A stretch of 64,000 nt of DNA. It comes from Ylistrum balloti. Its lineage: Eukaryota. The notes under the pieces were generated by a model that worked only from the letters and a program-made list of their open reading frames with translations, ran no database searches and was not told the DNA's origin. Positions 1 to 13,140 of this stretch are shown in pieces (the stretch's first letter is position 1; each line of letters begins with the position of its first letter). The DNA is taken from positions 248,001 through 312,000 of the forward strand of contig NW_026782390.1 in assembly GCF_031769215.1 (NCBI RefSeq), in the 5' to 3' direction. The translations under genes were made by a program, and so were the position numbers.

Positions 1-369
1 CCTTCACGCGCCAGGGTTAGAATTATACAATTTACAGTTTTATTTTGTCAGTGGCCATATGACCTGTATACAATCTTTCATTGTAACCACTAATGATTTT
101 CAATTAGTAAGAAATGTTAAAATATTAATGGACGACGACCGAGGGGGAAGATAGAACAGACAAAGGTCACTGATTTTTTCTCAGGTGGCCTAAAATGTAT
201 GCTGAATGAAGGTTGGTCAAGCTGATGTTGGCTTTTAATAAATTTGAAAATAGCATGTATTTGATTCGACATATATAAGCGTGGCAAACGCCTGGAAAAA
301 ATCAAACTTTCGGCCATGTTTAGTCAATATATTGGTTGGTTTGTAAACTAACAACAAACAACAATTACT
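1..369. repeat. Dispersed repeat, copy A (truncated by window edge); same orientation as copy B at 33463-33803
   Basis: Colinear match by eye, e.g. AAATATTAATGGACGACGACCGA.GGGGAAGAT.GAACAGACAAAGGTCACTGATT and the shared end AACAACAAACAACAATTACT; many substitutions and small indels. Family not identified. Confidence 0.85.
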
Positions 370-3303
370 AAATGAATTGTGAGTTGAAGTGAATGAGTTA
401 CATATGTTGTATATCATGTATAAGATGCTTTGACAGAGTAGGCGAGTATTGCAGACGGATTTGTGTGTAATGCGTGGTGTCGTGACAGTATTGTTTGTAT
501 GAGTTAGAAGCGTGGAGTATAGGGTGATAGAAATTACTGGTGTGATGGTTTGTTTAGTAGGAGCTGGCTTTTGGCTATTGACTAACGTGACAGGAACTTC
601 CCTGTGGATAAAATGACTGTACTGATGCACTAATTCTAATTTGGTACTACTGTAACTATATTGTAATTCTAAATTTGTACTGAAATATGTTATTCACTCG
701 TGTGTCTATGCACTATCTTTATAATTGAGAGTGGTAGACACTGCTGGCGGACCTATTATTCCAAGAGTTTTGTCTCAACTTGCATGCTACGCTTCAAATA
801 ATTCGATCAGTGAAATGGTTAAAATATGCACATGTACTTCACGTTCTGCAAAAACCATCCGATATATAAAAATAATGAAATTTATTGAATTGTGGGGCCA
901 GTTGCTTCCTCAGCTAGATTTTGATATTTGTCTTAATCATTGATTTTCTTCTTCAGATGCCTACCGTCAACACTTTTTGATCTAGTTTAATTCATTTTCT
1001 TTAACTGTATCTTATTCTAAATTTTTATTGAAAGACTTTGTTAACTTTTGTTACGTGTACAATCTAGGATATCTTTTGTTCTCCTTATCCACCACTAGAG
1101 GTACACTGAGCCTCCGGGATGATTGATTAAGTGTTTTCTCAATCCCTTTGATGTGGATGGCTTCCAACACTGAATTGCATGACATCGGTTAGGCACGAGA
1201 AATAGGTTTCCAGGGTATCCTCCACCCCGGAGACACAACCCTTTGAAGCTTACAAATGGATATTTGCAAGCTGAGAGCAAATCAGAAACGGAATTAGAAG
1301 ATGTAAATGTATAAACTTCTAAACTAATAATTCTCAGAAATTATCCCTGAGGAGACAAAGGATCCCTGAACCCCTCAAATCTTTAATGGAATCCACCATT
1401 TTATTTTAATTTTACATAGTGTTGTCCATATGTTTTTCACATATTTCATATCAACTTAGAATTGCTGCAAATTGCCTATTACTCAGATCCGAGGAGTTCC
1501 ATTGATTTTTTTAAATAAACTTTTGGATTATGTAAATGAAATCTACAGTCTGGTGTAATTCATTTCTCTTATAATGTCATTATTTGTGCATGACAATATG
1601 ACATTATTGGAACTAACATATAACGTAGAAAGTGTCATGTATGCATGTATGTTATCGACGGAATCAGCGATTGGCCTTTTTATCAAATGGTGATTTATCT
1701 TATAGGTTTAATATAAGAGAATTCTTATTCAATAGAATGGTGACATATCGCAAGTACATTTATATCAAATAAGTACGTCACAAAGGTCATTCGCGATACT
1801 CTACAGACTTAAATTGTGTGAATCTCAGATATCAGGAATGAATGAATGAATGACCCCCAGTTGGTCATATTGTACTGACAACGAAATAAATAGTGTAAAA
1901 GACATTGGTATCAGTAACACTGAATAACTTGCCATCTGCTAAGTCCAACTCTTGTTTAGCAATGCGCACCTTGTGACTTCAGTTCTTATACATATGTCTC
2001 TTCCACTATCTAGACGTTTGTTTGGAGCAAAAACCAACGCTGCAATTTTTTCTCCTATTTTATGTTGAAAACGTATTAGGAAGCATGGGTTTCTGTTTTA
2101 GAGGGCCATGGGATTTCTTACTCGCCGAACAAATTAAAAAATGAACAAATATTTTTATTCTGGATTAGAATTGTTCATGATACACAATGGAAAGAAAGCC
2201 GTAGCTATGGTTACGGCGACCGAAAACAGGTAGTTTCGATAAGTCTAGATCACCAAGAAAAAAAGTTCATGAATTACATATTGACTTACGAGAAATTTGG
2301 ATTTGGTTTTATACTCTTAAACGCAACTCCTAACTTCAGCTGTGCTCTTTTCGGGCTTTACCTCCTCGCAACCGCCAACATCATATAAAGAAGTTGTCCA
2401 AGAATGACGGACGTATTGATATGTCATCGACTGGAACCAAAGGCATGACAACTCTTGGCAACATTGTACTAACAACGATCTTGCTAGTCTCTCTGGAATT
2501 CATTCAATTCGATAGGCAGGTAGCTTTAAGTATAATTTTAATATCTTTTTAAAATCAAAATAGGTTCAATTCAACGGTCAAAGTAAAATAGTGTTATAAG
2601 TACATAATAAACTGCGATTAGTGTTTCAGGAGTCTATATATATACATTTATTTTGTTCATATTTTGCCATAGTTTTATTGAATTTAAATTTCGATTATAT
2701 AGGTATTTTCTTGTTAGTTTGATATTACTGCGAAAAATATTTACAAACAGGAGAGAGAAAAAACATCCAAGTTGACTCTTACTAACATGCCACGGGAAGA
2801 GTACGTACCATTCGTTTGCCTTCTCTTTTTAAACATCTAGGTGTCACTTTATTTATTCTTAGAAACAGTTTGGTTTCTTTCCCACGTATATTCATCGGAA
2901 ATCAAAAACATGAGTATGACCATACGGGTTTGAGAAAATCCATGCCAGATTTTGGTAGATAGGGAAACTACGGACAGACTGTACTTTCAGCCTTTTAGTG
3001 CTAATAAAGGCTAAAATTAACTTCGCGATTCCCATCGGCAACGATTTGCGTCAATATTGTCCAGACTGCAATGCTCCTATTTTTGTACCTTTAGGCCAAT
3101 GTCGGAATATGTGAAACCGAAATGAAAGTTCATTCCAATAAAAAATAGCCGTCATCAGACAGACATTTCTGTATACAAATAACTTCAGACGATATATACT
3201 ACATGTAATGTTACACAGAATTCACACATAACAAGGTACTGTCAGTCTAACACGCCTTGGCGAACACAAAGAAAGAGTTACCAGGTAAAGTAACCACCTG
3301 TAC

Positions 3304-3643
3304 AACGCGAGCGTCCTTGTAAAAAGGTAATCAAGTAAAATGACAATCAACGCTAGCGTCCTTGTAAAGATTTATCAAGTAAAACGTCCACCAATACAAG
3401 CGTTCTTGTCAAGTCTTATCGGATAAAATGACCACCAAAAGGAACGTCATTGTAAAGATTTAACGGGTAAAATGACCACCAACGCGAGCGTCCTTGTCAA
3501 AGGTCATCAAGTAAAATGACCACTAATATGAGCGTTCTTGTAAGTCTTATCGGATAAAATGACCACCAAGAGTAGCCTCATTGTAAAGAGTTTTCAAGTA
3601 AAATGTCCACTAACGCGAGCGTCCTTGTAGTTTATCGGATAAC
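3304..3643 (+). repeat. Minisatellite, about 8 copies of a ~44-bp unit
   Basis: Units such as AACGCGAGCGTCCTTGTCAAAGGTCATCAAGTAAAATGACCACT repeat head-to-tail at 43-45 bp spacing. Confidence 0.9.
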
Positions 3644-3764
3644 AAGAGCTTTCCTCATGTCAGAATGAAGTGGACGAGTTGAAATCTGCAGTTGATTCGT
3701 AAATCTGTATAGAGGTAACAGCAAACAACACTTAGGCGAAATCAGTCGGCATTGTTGACCAAAG

Positions 3765-4290
3765 CATTTGAAATTTGAAGTTCGCTTCATTGACGCCACA
3801 CATCTCCTGACTCGGACTAAAAAACATTTTCAAAGTGGAATAGAATGAATGACAAATGAAATCTGGATTGAGGTTGCAAAATCCCTGTGGCGTGGACACA
3901 TATCGACGAGTCAGTAGAAAACTGCATGTGATCTAATGGTGATATCAAAAGCGCAGATATTTTCCTAGATGTACGACAATGATGGAATTCAGTCATGGAA
4001 TATCAGGCTAGGAGAGATTACACATTAGACAGAAATTAAGATATCGACTAATGAGCTATGTAGATTTATCACGCTTTCCTCTCGCCACAGCTTATGTTGG
4101 CCTTCACACCTTTGGGAAGCTCTGATTTCAAACGTTGTCACCAAGGTTTTTCTTTACTTTTTATTCTCTTTGTCACGAAGGAACGTATAATGTTTGTGTA
4201 TTTAGTAGCATGATTAGAGAATCTTTTTTTTGTTAAGATGACCTTGAATGATAAAAGAAAACTGTTTCCTGTCCAGAGTTCGGGCAGTAT
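3765..4290 (+). pseudogene. Degraded C-terminal half of a DDE transposase, P-superfamily-like (DxxH motif)
   Basis: Manual translation across stops and frameshifts: HLKFEVRFIDATHLLTRTKKH (D at 3792, H at 3801); ESVENCM*SNGDIKSADIFLDVRQ*W; ERLHIRQKLRYRLMSYVDLSRFP; WEALISNV; GTYNVCVFSSMIRESFF; TVSCPEFGQY. Motif order parallels P/THAP9 transposases (DxxH ... E-x-FF). Family assignment is from memory, not a search. Confidence 0.55.
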
Positions 4291-5782
4291 GGAGTGACCC
4301 ACAAAGGTAGCAGTTTTCTTGTAGTACTTGGTTGGCATATGTACTTTTATAGGTGTAAGTATATTTTTAATCTTTTTTTTTTAAATTGGCCGTATCAAAA
4401 ATTGTAGGCGAAATTAAAATTCAGTTTAATAATAACACCATTTTTTGAAATATCTGAAAAACATTCCCATTTAAATACCTATTTCGAATGTAATAATTAA
4501 GAAAGAATTTGTGGTTAAATCAATGTACAAACAAAACGCATTCCATGTGTGTCCTAATTTCGCATCTACAATTGAATTCTCATCTGTTGTATTAATTTCT
4601 TCAGTTCAAATTTATCATAAGAGTGTATCAACGAAATCGGATAATCCTGCAGGATATGTGATGAGAAAAAAAAACGGGAATCTTCCATCTACAATACTAA
4701 CAAAGTAAAAAAAAAAAATACATAGGAAACATGAAAACAGGGAAAAAAGCAATTAAACCAACTACATATGTTAGTGGACACAGATAAAATGTCCGCAAAG
4801 AACAAACATTTAAAAAGCACTCTCAGTGAGCTTTTTGTAATATTTATCGAGACAAAGTAGAGGTAACCTCAATAACCTGGATACTTATTGTATTTTGTTC
4901 GTTATAAGTAGCATGTCCGAATGCAAAAATGATAAGAGGTTTGTCATTTCCTATTAAAGGAATCATCCATATGACAGTACGTGGGTATCGAGGACAACTG
5001 AATTCCTATAGAAAACAAAAGATATTGTGTTATGTAAAGATTTTAATATGCCTAAAAAAAAAAACCGGTAACGTTATATAAAAGAACAATTAGTAAAACA
5101 CACAGACAATTGGTTCTTGTCGACTAAATATAATTGGTAAAATAAGAGATTGATCACAGGATTGGAAATCATTATGCTAATATCACAGAATTGCGCGTAT
5201 CTGACACACAACCAAGAACATAAACAACATTTTATAATGACTTCGTCGATGGACACATTGACTAGGAATCTGATAACGCGGCAAGCTGTATTCTGACGTA
5301 ATAGAAATAAAAATATGATATAAGAAAATTGCGTTATCGTTAATATAACATCAAAATCAATATGATAATCAAATTGGCAAACTTTCAAATTGGAATTTTC
5401 TATTCTTACACAACTTATAAACATTAAAGAAAACAAAATAAATTATATAATGGGTTTTTTCCTCTCTAAAATTAACAATGCAGCTTTTATAGAAACTGAC
5501 CTACTTTTCCTTTTCATGTATGCTATTGTTGGTTATTGTAACACAAATATACAGGACATTTATATATTACATAGGAGTGCTACAAATCAATACAAACTAA
5601 TGTGCAACTTCAAAGAACATATGACATAACGATTTGATTATCTCCGCAAAAGCTTGGATGAAAACGACGTTTCAACATGCAATACGGAAAAAAGGGAAAA
5701 TAACATTCATCAATATACAAAGCATCCGCCTGGTATTTTGCTGTGAATATAAAACCAGAAGTGGGTAACACAGTCAGATCCA

Positions 5783-6287
5783 TCAATGTTGTTTACCATG
5801 CCTACTCACACCAGATTGGTAGCGGAAACACTTTCTACAATTCACGCTGATGTGAGGTTTTCTCCCGGTATGTTTATTCACGTGGTCCGAAAACCTTCCC
5901 GTGGTGGAAACTGAAAGACCGCAAACGTATTTATAGCTTTGGTCCTTATGTATTATTTTGTTGTGCTGACTCAAGTCTGCTTCTGTTGCAATTGTCTTTT
6001 GGCATGTTTCACATGTATGCCACTTTTCGTCTTTGTGTTTATTACACCTGAAAAGAAATACTTCATATCAAATATTTTATAACTATTAGCTAACTATTGC
6101 ATAATGCATTACGCTATTCCCATTCTTTCGTCGATTGATTTTGTTCTTAGTAACAATCCATGTGATGGATGCGTGATGGAGCTTGCCGTTATATCATGAC
6201 AATTCGGAATTACACTGTATTTGAAGTTTACCTGTGTCTTTGACAATTTGCCTTGCTGAAGAACAGCTTGGCACAGCAAATGTAAGG
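5783..6287 (-). pseudogene. Spliced C2H2 zinc-finger gene relic (exons 6287-6232 and 6047-5783)
   Basis: CAG|GTAAAC donor at 6231 and TTTCTTTTCAG acceptor ending at 6048 join in frame: PYICCAKLFFSKANCQRHR-CNKHKDEKWHT-CETCQKTIATEADLSQHNKIIH (intact C-x2-C-x12-H-x4-H). Two further fingers have lost their first Cys (YKYVC..., HISVNC...) and are joined by a TGRKP linker. Confidence 0.7.
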
Positions 6288-7817
6288 CGAATTTCTCAGG
6301 TGACCTATCTTATGGTCGTTTAGGCCCGGCCTACTCCGGCAGGTCTTACCACATGTATCATGCAAGAGCATTGTTCTGAAAAGACAAAGTATTATTTCGG
6401 CTTTCGATGGCCATATGTTCTAAATGACTTTAATTGAATGCTTATAAAGGATTCACTGAGCTATACACGAAAACACATTCTCGATTATAATTATAGCCGT
6501 GAATTATATCATGATTTATTCAACCGTGAATTACACCAATTTCATTGATGTTTATTTCAACGCACAACTATTCTATAACTTTAACATATGTTTAGTATCA
6601 AAATGACGATTTATAAGGAAATGTTGTTCGATCCGGAATTTAGACGCGAGATTGCTGAACTCGGAGAGGACCAACACAGATATGGTTCTAGACCCTAAAT
6701 ATCCGAGAGATATGGTAATCTATGTTGTCCTACCTGATTGCTACCAACGAGGTGGCCGTAACGGATCACGTGATTCCCCACCTTGCGTTTACTCATATCA
6801 GTTTAGTAAAACTCGTCACGGTTATCACCAGTCTGTAAATCGCCTTACACATTCAAAAGTACAGACAGCAAAAAGCTCATATCAACAACAACTCGACCGC
6901 TATTCGACGACTTTATACTCAAGACAGATGTAGATCTCATTCAAATAATCGGAGAAAACTTACACGAGATTATTAAGAAAACAGAAATTATTGAACTTGC
7001 CAGATGTTTTAAAATCACTGTCGAAACACGACGTACTGAATGTTTCACTGATCAATTATAAATCATGTCCGAGAAATTACGTTGGTCGTTCATTATAATC
7101 TTTAATCAGTGTTGCTCAGGCGCTTAATACATCGGTACAATGCAATACTTTGATATCTTTGTAAAATTAACGTCATGAAAAAAACCCGCAGCAAACCGAT
7201 GACGTAACAATTAATACCTACTTATATTGGCTGATAACTCTCATAGATATTCATCGCATACGTCTGGTGTATTCCTGTGCATATAATCCATAAGTGAGAA
7301 ACAAGGTACTTAGTACTGACGGACGTCCATAAGCCGTTTACATGTGTTTTTTCATGTACTGCCTCAAATCCTTCTCGGTATCTTCTGGCATATTTCTCAC
7401 TTTGCGCTCTTCGTTCCGTTATTAATTAGTCACGTGAAAATAAATACTTTAAGGTTATATTCATTATTTCAAATATCAATGAATTATAAGAAAATGTATT
7501 TCATTTGTAACAGCATACACAAGGTGTAGTGCACCCTTTGATTATATCCCAACCCATGATCAACTAACACTTTTCACAGTATAAAAACTAGAGATATCAA
7601 AGGGTATGTTAGGACACTGAAGGGTTTATTATTCATACTTCTATGTTTGTCAAAAGCCCTGCGTGAAACCCCTTAGACTTATACCCACTCAAACCGTGTT
7701 TAACAGACTTTCGCAAAATCGGGTTTAAATAGGTCATAATATGGATACTCTACCGCATGGACGCGCTTTCCCGCTGTTTTATTATTTTACCCCTTTTTTT
7801 CTCCGAGAGTTCTACAA

Positions 7818-7848
7818 GGGGGTGGGGGTGGGGGTGGGGGTGGGGTGG
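7818..7848 (+). repeat. (GGGGGT)n tract with G-quadruplex potential
   Basis: Five consecutive runs of 4-5 G separated by single T. Confidence 0.85.
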
Positions 7849-10339
7849 TTGTTTGATGGGGGAACTCTTACCCGAATATATTTACAACTGAATTATAGCG
7901 ATAATACTGAAATACCATATACTTACCTATGTATTTGACAATTGGCTTCTCTGAAAGACGGCTGTGCACAGTACTTGTGATGTGCAATTTTATGTGTCCT
8001 TTCTTAGGGTAATTGATTCTTGACCTTCCCCGGTAGTTTTTAACCACATAAATCACACAAGAAAATTGTTCTGAAAGCAAAGTGAAAAGCCTTTTAGAAA
8101 GCCAGATACTTAATTACACCTTTCGATCGCCATTTGTAATGCAATGTTTTACACCAATTTATTAATTTCAATGGTAAGAAGGAATCTTCTAGTAGAAACC
8201 ATATTAATACGTTCTCTGATAGCAATGAATTATATTCTATATAAAGCGTTCGTATGTTTATTTCAAATTATAGCGATATTTTTGTATCAAAAGAAATGTC
8301 TCTTACATATCTATGATATGTATTTACCATCATCAAAACGGCGTTTTCCAGTTGGCGGCAATCAATGAGAGCCTAGATTGGCAGCAAAAACATATAAACT
8401 TCATGATAACGGTATTGCAGGTGACTTGGGTCAGGAGTTTCCATATATCTTACATATTTGATATCGATGCATGAAATGTAAAAGAAAGTCTAAAGTGTTG
8501 CAAGAACTTCGAAACATACTTTCAAGCAGGACTCGGTACATAAAATTCCAAATAACAATATCAATTACGATCTATAAGATAATTAATTTACTACAGTAAG
8601 CACTGTAAACATTTATTTATCTGACTTGTACAGTAACCCTAGCTTGTACCAATACGGTGATATGTCACTTATGATTGCGAAGATGTTCTTAATTTTTGAG
8701 AAAGTACCACAGCTTTTGGCGGGGAGAACTGTTTTCAGTAAACAGGATATATAATCATGGAATATATACAGTTATTCAGGAGATGTGATTATTTTTTTGT
8801 GTTGTTATCTTGCAGATAATATGTAATAATGATTTATTACTAAAACTAGAAATTGTTGGCCTAAACTTTGACCTTTTCACCTATACACTACATTTTATCT
8901 AACGGCCAATCGTATCCATGAACATAATATCTAATCGTTCAATCATTTTATGTATTACATGTCTGGAATCTAGGCTGTACAGCTTCAGATTATCTATTCA
9001 TGTTACATTTGACCCCTTCCTAAAACCGGAAGTTGACATTTGATACACTTATTACCACATTCAATAGAAATCGAATGGAATATGCTAATAATCAAACATC
9101 ATCATGTACCTAAGATTTCAAGTAAATTTACCTTGCTGACCTTAAAAGTAGATCAAGGTCATTCTTCTTATCACACCTGACTGCTAATTACTGGTACATC
9201 GTACAAGGCTTTTGATCTTGTGGAACTTGAGAAAAAGTTTTTTTTTTCAAATTTTGTTACCTAAAACGGAAATTTTCAACTTTGACCCTACCGAGAAACA
9301 GAAGTTGAAAAAAAAGTTTAATGAGAAATGTTCTTTATTTGTTATTTTAGATAAAACCACTAAAACTGAATTCAATAATTTCAGTCGTTGATGAGATATT
9401 GAATATTATGTTAAAATCGGATATGACGTTATTTCGGCCATTTTGTTTTTCTTAGGAATTTTTTTCTACAACACATAAAAGTATGTTGGAGTTACCCTAC
9501 CTTCAATTAATCTCCTAAACATTTGTTTCTAAATCCGCCTTTCGCTAGTTTTTTTAGTAATGATTTTCTGTAAATAACAACCAGCTGCAACGTGTGTAAC
9601 ATGTTATTGCGAACAGAGACGGAATTCTGTCAAATTAATTATTTTTTTAACGATTCGACATTAATTTTTTTTAATCAATTCTGAATTCAATGTTGTTAAC
9701 GTGATTACATTTTCTGGTAAGTAATAGTCAACAGACAATGCCGATACAAATCAAATATCTTTTTCGTGATAGTTTTTGCCATTAGAATATAGGAATAATC
9801 AATTTGATAAAAAGACTTCTTCACTGCAGTGGTATTATTGAAAATCACAGCAAAATACGATAGAATTTCTCGTCAAGCAGCCGATTGAAAATGAGCCGTC
9901 CAAGTCGATGCAAGTGTGATGTCAAACTATCTGACATAAAATAATGTGTTAACATTTCCCTAGTTGTTTTAACTTCAGTTAATATTGGTTGTATTATTTA
10001 CCAATTTTGTTAAAGTGAAGGGACTTATTTTCTAGATTTTAATTCAGGTCATCTTTATCCACAATATTATATCATTTAAGTTATCTTTATCTATAACCAC
10101 ATTTGGTTTACCTTTCCTTTTTATGTCTAATTTCAAGCTCCACTTCTACAAGAATACCAATAAGGACCCAATCAATTACAGCAAAACTGCCATTCCAGAT
10201 CACGAAATAGGAAGACACACAAAAAAACTGCCAAAATGCCAACATCTGAAGGTAATCATAATCAAAACTCAAATTCAATTATATTGGTGCCATTTTGTTT
10301 GGAATTGTATATAAACGAGGACATGAGGACGTAGTTTTA

Positions 10340-11330
10340 GCCTTAAGTGTCGGTCTGAACGATTGTGTCCCAGAAGAATACAGAAGCGTTTCTTCTTTGG
10401 TCAGCTTTGATAATATGTAGGTACGGCTTCTTGTTTTATCGAAATAGTCTAGCTCTTTTATTGCAGAATTGTAATCTTGCCATATCGCATAGAGTTTATC
10501 ATTTCTACTTATTTAATTTGTACTTGTGGGAAAGGAGAACATCCTGCGTTTCTGACTGGCTTAAAGACATTTGGTCCATCATTCTTAAAAGATTACATGT
10601 CAACGTTCCTCGGTCTGGATGACAAATATCCGTTATCTCTTCATCATTTACATGGCAGTCATGCTAATGTTCCTGCAGATAGGGCGTTCAATAACTGGAT
10701 CGTTGTCTTCAGACATTATGGTTTCTGTGTATAAAAAACTAGGCTTGCTTGATTGCGAAGGAAACCCCTACTATACATCGATCTTTGTAAAAACATACTT
10801 CCTATATTCATTTAGATCACCTATAATTAATAAGGGTCCGATTCAAGCACTCAAAAGAGATTTCGACCTATCTTCACACCTTTTTGTTTTTTTAATGATT
10901 TCCTATATAAGAAACTGATTTATTTGCTCTGAACACCATCACACCCCATCATAGCTGAAAGAACGTTTTCGTTCATTTGTTATAAATGCTTCATTTTGCA
11001 AGAAGTATTAGCTGCGGTGCAAATATATGTTTGCAAATTGTATTTCGTGAAAAATACTCCCAACTTAGAGAATGATCGAGAATTTCTAAATGACAATATC
11101 TTCGTCAAATTTGGTGGTGTGATCTTTAAACAGACAATTGATATACCCACTTTAACAAACTTTGCCCTTCTATTGTTGTTATTGTTTTCATAAGAGGCTG
11201 ATTTTATCGAAGAGCTTATCAAACCATGTCACAAAAACCTTACAAAGCCGCTTGATGTCACTTTCAGATATATTGATGACGTCTTTTTTTTTTTTTTTTA
11301 ATAACAAGGAATATATTGACCACGTCCATC
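10340..11330 (+). mobile_element. Penelope-like element (PLE) RT relic, fragment 1
   Basis: Broken frames give VSDWLKDIWSIILKR; LHHLHGSHANVPADRAFNNWIVV; KKLGLLDCEGNPYYT; LKERFRSFVINASFCK; EFLNDNIFVKFGGVIFKQTIDIP; TFRYIDDV (YIDD at 11269-11280). These match the typical invertebrate PLE RT layout. Confidence 0.75.
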
Positions 11331-12589
11331 ATGTCCACCTGTCACGCAAGCATGCATATTGTGGGTAGTATATTGGGTTCGTTATATATGTTGTACATTA
11401 TTGTTATTATCATTACCGTACTAAATAGCCTTAATAGTGAAGCACCGGTGTTGGTCGGGTAAAGGTAGACGACCTGAGTTGTTTACGGTAACAGACATTG
11501 CCTGCCTCGTGTATCCAGTACAGATTTATTGCTTTAATAACACATGTAAATTAGGCACGGAAGAAAGACTGTGTTAAACTAATCTTCACCCTTTCCAAAT
11601 TCTATTTTAGTTGGTATCATTGTATTGCGTCTGGTTAAACAAGCTAGGCATATGTGCGCCACTGTCAGTCGTGGCCATTGTTGATCATTTAGGAGGAATA
11701 AGTCCTTATCATGTCGTTTTTATGCTAATTTCAAATAGTATGAATGTGTCACTATTGTATAAGGAATATAAATACATACACAATTGTTGAATATGCAATT
11801 TTTTAGTCTGTATTTGGCGTTTAACGTATTTCTATATGTATAGAAACCCTGTTCTATTGTCAAAGTGTTGAACGTAGTGTATACGCTCGCGGAAGGAAAA
11901 TGCATGCGCATTTCATGAGTAAATTGGAGACGCACATTATTATTACGCATTTAAACATGTTTTACTTGTTTGTAACATACAGTTTAATTGATTAAGGTAC
12001 ATTAGGTTAGTTTTCAAAATTTATGCTATGCTAGATGTTATGGAAGTATGGAAATGTGAGTGATGTGTTTTACATTTTGTGTCAACTTACTTATTTAAGC
12101 TTCATATTGCGGGCTAGCAGACAAGGCAGGGGTTCCCACTCATATTCTTGGGCATAAGAGCAGACCAAGAGAATCATCTTTCGCAAGCGTCACGGTTATC
12201 CAAAAATCTTTGCGGGAATCACCATTCAAGCTCTATTCGGGGATTTGATTAGTGACTGTGAGTCGGAGAACTCATGAACCATTGAGTTTCGCTTTCGTGT
12301 CCGAGTTTGGTTTGTACGAGCATAATACTGCGTGCACTGGTAATTATACCGCTGGCTCTTGATTGAGCTGGGTCGCAAGTAAACGACTTTCGTTCTAACT
12401 CTATTGAGTGGTTTACATGCGATTCTCTTATCGCCATCACCATGATTGTGTGAAGTTACGTGAACAGTCTTATTCTTGGTTTAGGAGTGAGAGAGTGCGT
12501 GTTTGCGAGTGGGTCTTGTATATTCATATATAACCATTCTCCCAGTTTCCATTTTCCGGCAACCCAACCGACGATTGTATCACGTTAAC

Positions 12590-13140
12590 ATTACTCTCAG
12601 TACTTGGAAATCAACTACACGATAACTTTTTCTACATTAGTTGCTTCTCTTTATCTCTTCCTACAATGAAGCTGACATAGACAGCTTTCCATGAAGCTAT
12701 ATTATAAGTGTGATGATATCAATTTCCCCTAATGTGAATTTTCCATTTCTGGATAGCAACATTTCTGCATCCCCAAACTATGTTGTTGACATGTTGCTAT
12801 TAATTCAGTTTCCAAGTGCCTGTTCCCAAAATCATAATTTCCATGCCAGATATCAGCAAGTGACAATCAACACAGGGTTTCGAGAGATTCAAATTGGTGC
12901 AAATTACAGGTAAGATTTACAGTCGTCACAGTAATCTCATTGAGAAATACTCTTTGTCTTTTTTTTTGCGATATGAAGCTGGATATGTTAGATATTCTGT
13001 TGGTTCCGTTGTTGTGTACATTGTTTTCATTTAAGAACGTGACATGGCTTACTTTCATTGACCAAAACTTACATGGCAGTTGTCGTTGATGATGCAGAAG
13101 TCTGCCGGAACACCTGTTCTTATTCTGCATGTGCTTTTTC
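12590..13140 (+). mobile_element. Penelope-like element, RT C-terminal/thumb region plus 3' tail, fragment 2
   Basis: QLSMKLYYKCDDINFP and NVNFPFLDSNISASP resemble the PLE motif YDKRDDFNF..VNFPFL.SNIP. The DNA is homologous to 51800-52060 (ATTTCTGGATAGCA, TTGAGAAATA, TTAAGAACGTGACAT.GCTTACTT). Confidence 0.75.

Noticed and set aside
2384-2519. TATAAA followed by a 33-codon hydrophobic ORF (MSSTGTKGMTTLGNIVLTTILLVSLEF...) ending at CAG|GTAGCT
   Set aside because: Weak donor, TATA too close to the ATG, and no downstream in-frame exon found.
3304-3643. CRISPR-like appearance of this array and of 61930-62280
   Set aside because: Contiguous degenerate monomers without unique spacers, no cas genes, eukaryotic context.
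12110-12250. AGVPTHILGHKS, resembling a tyrosine-recombinase (Crypton/DIRS) C-terminal box
   Set aside because: No upstream H-x-x-R or downstream Tyr in register; too short to support.
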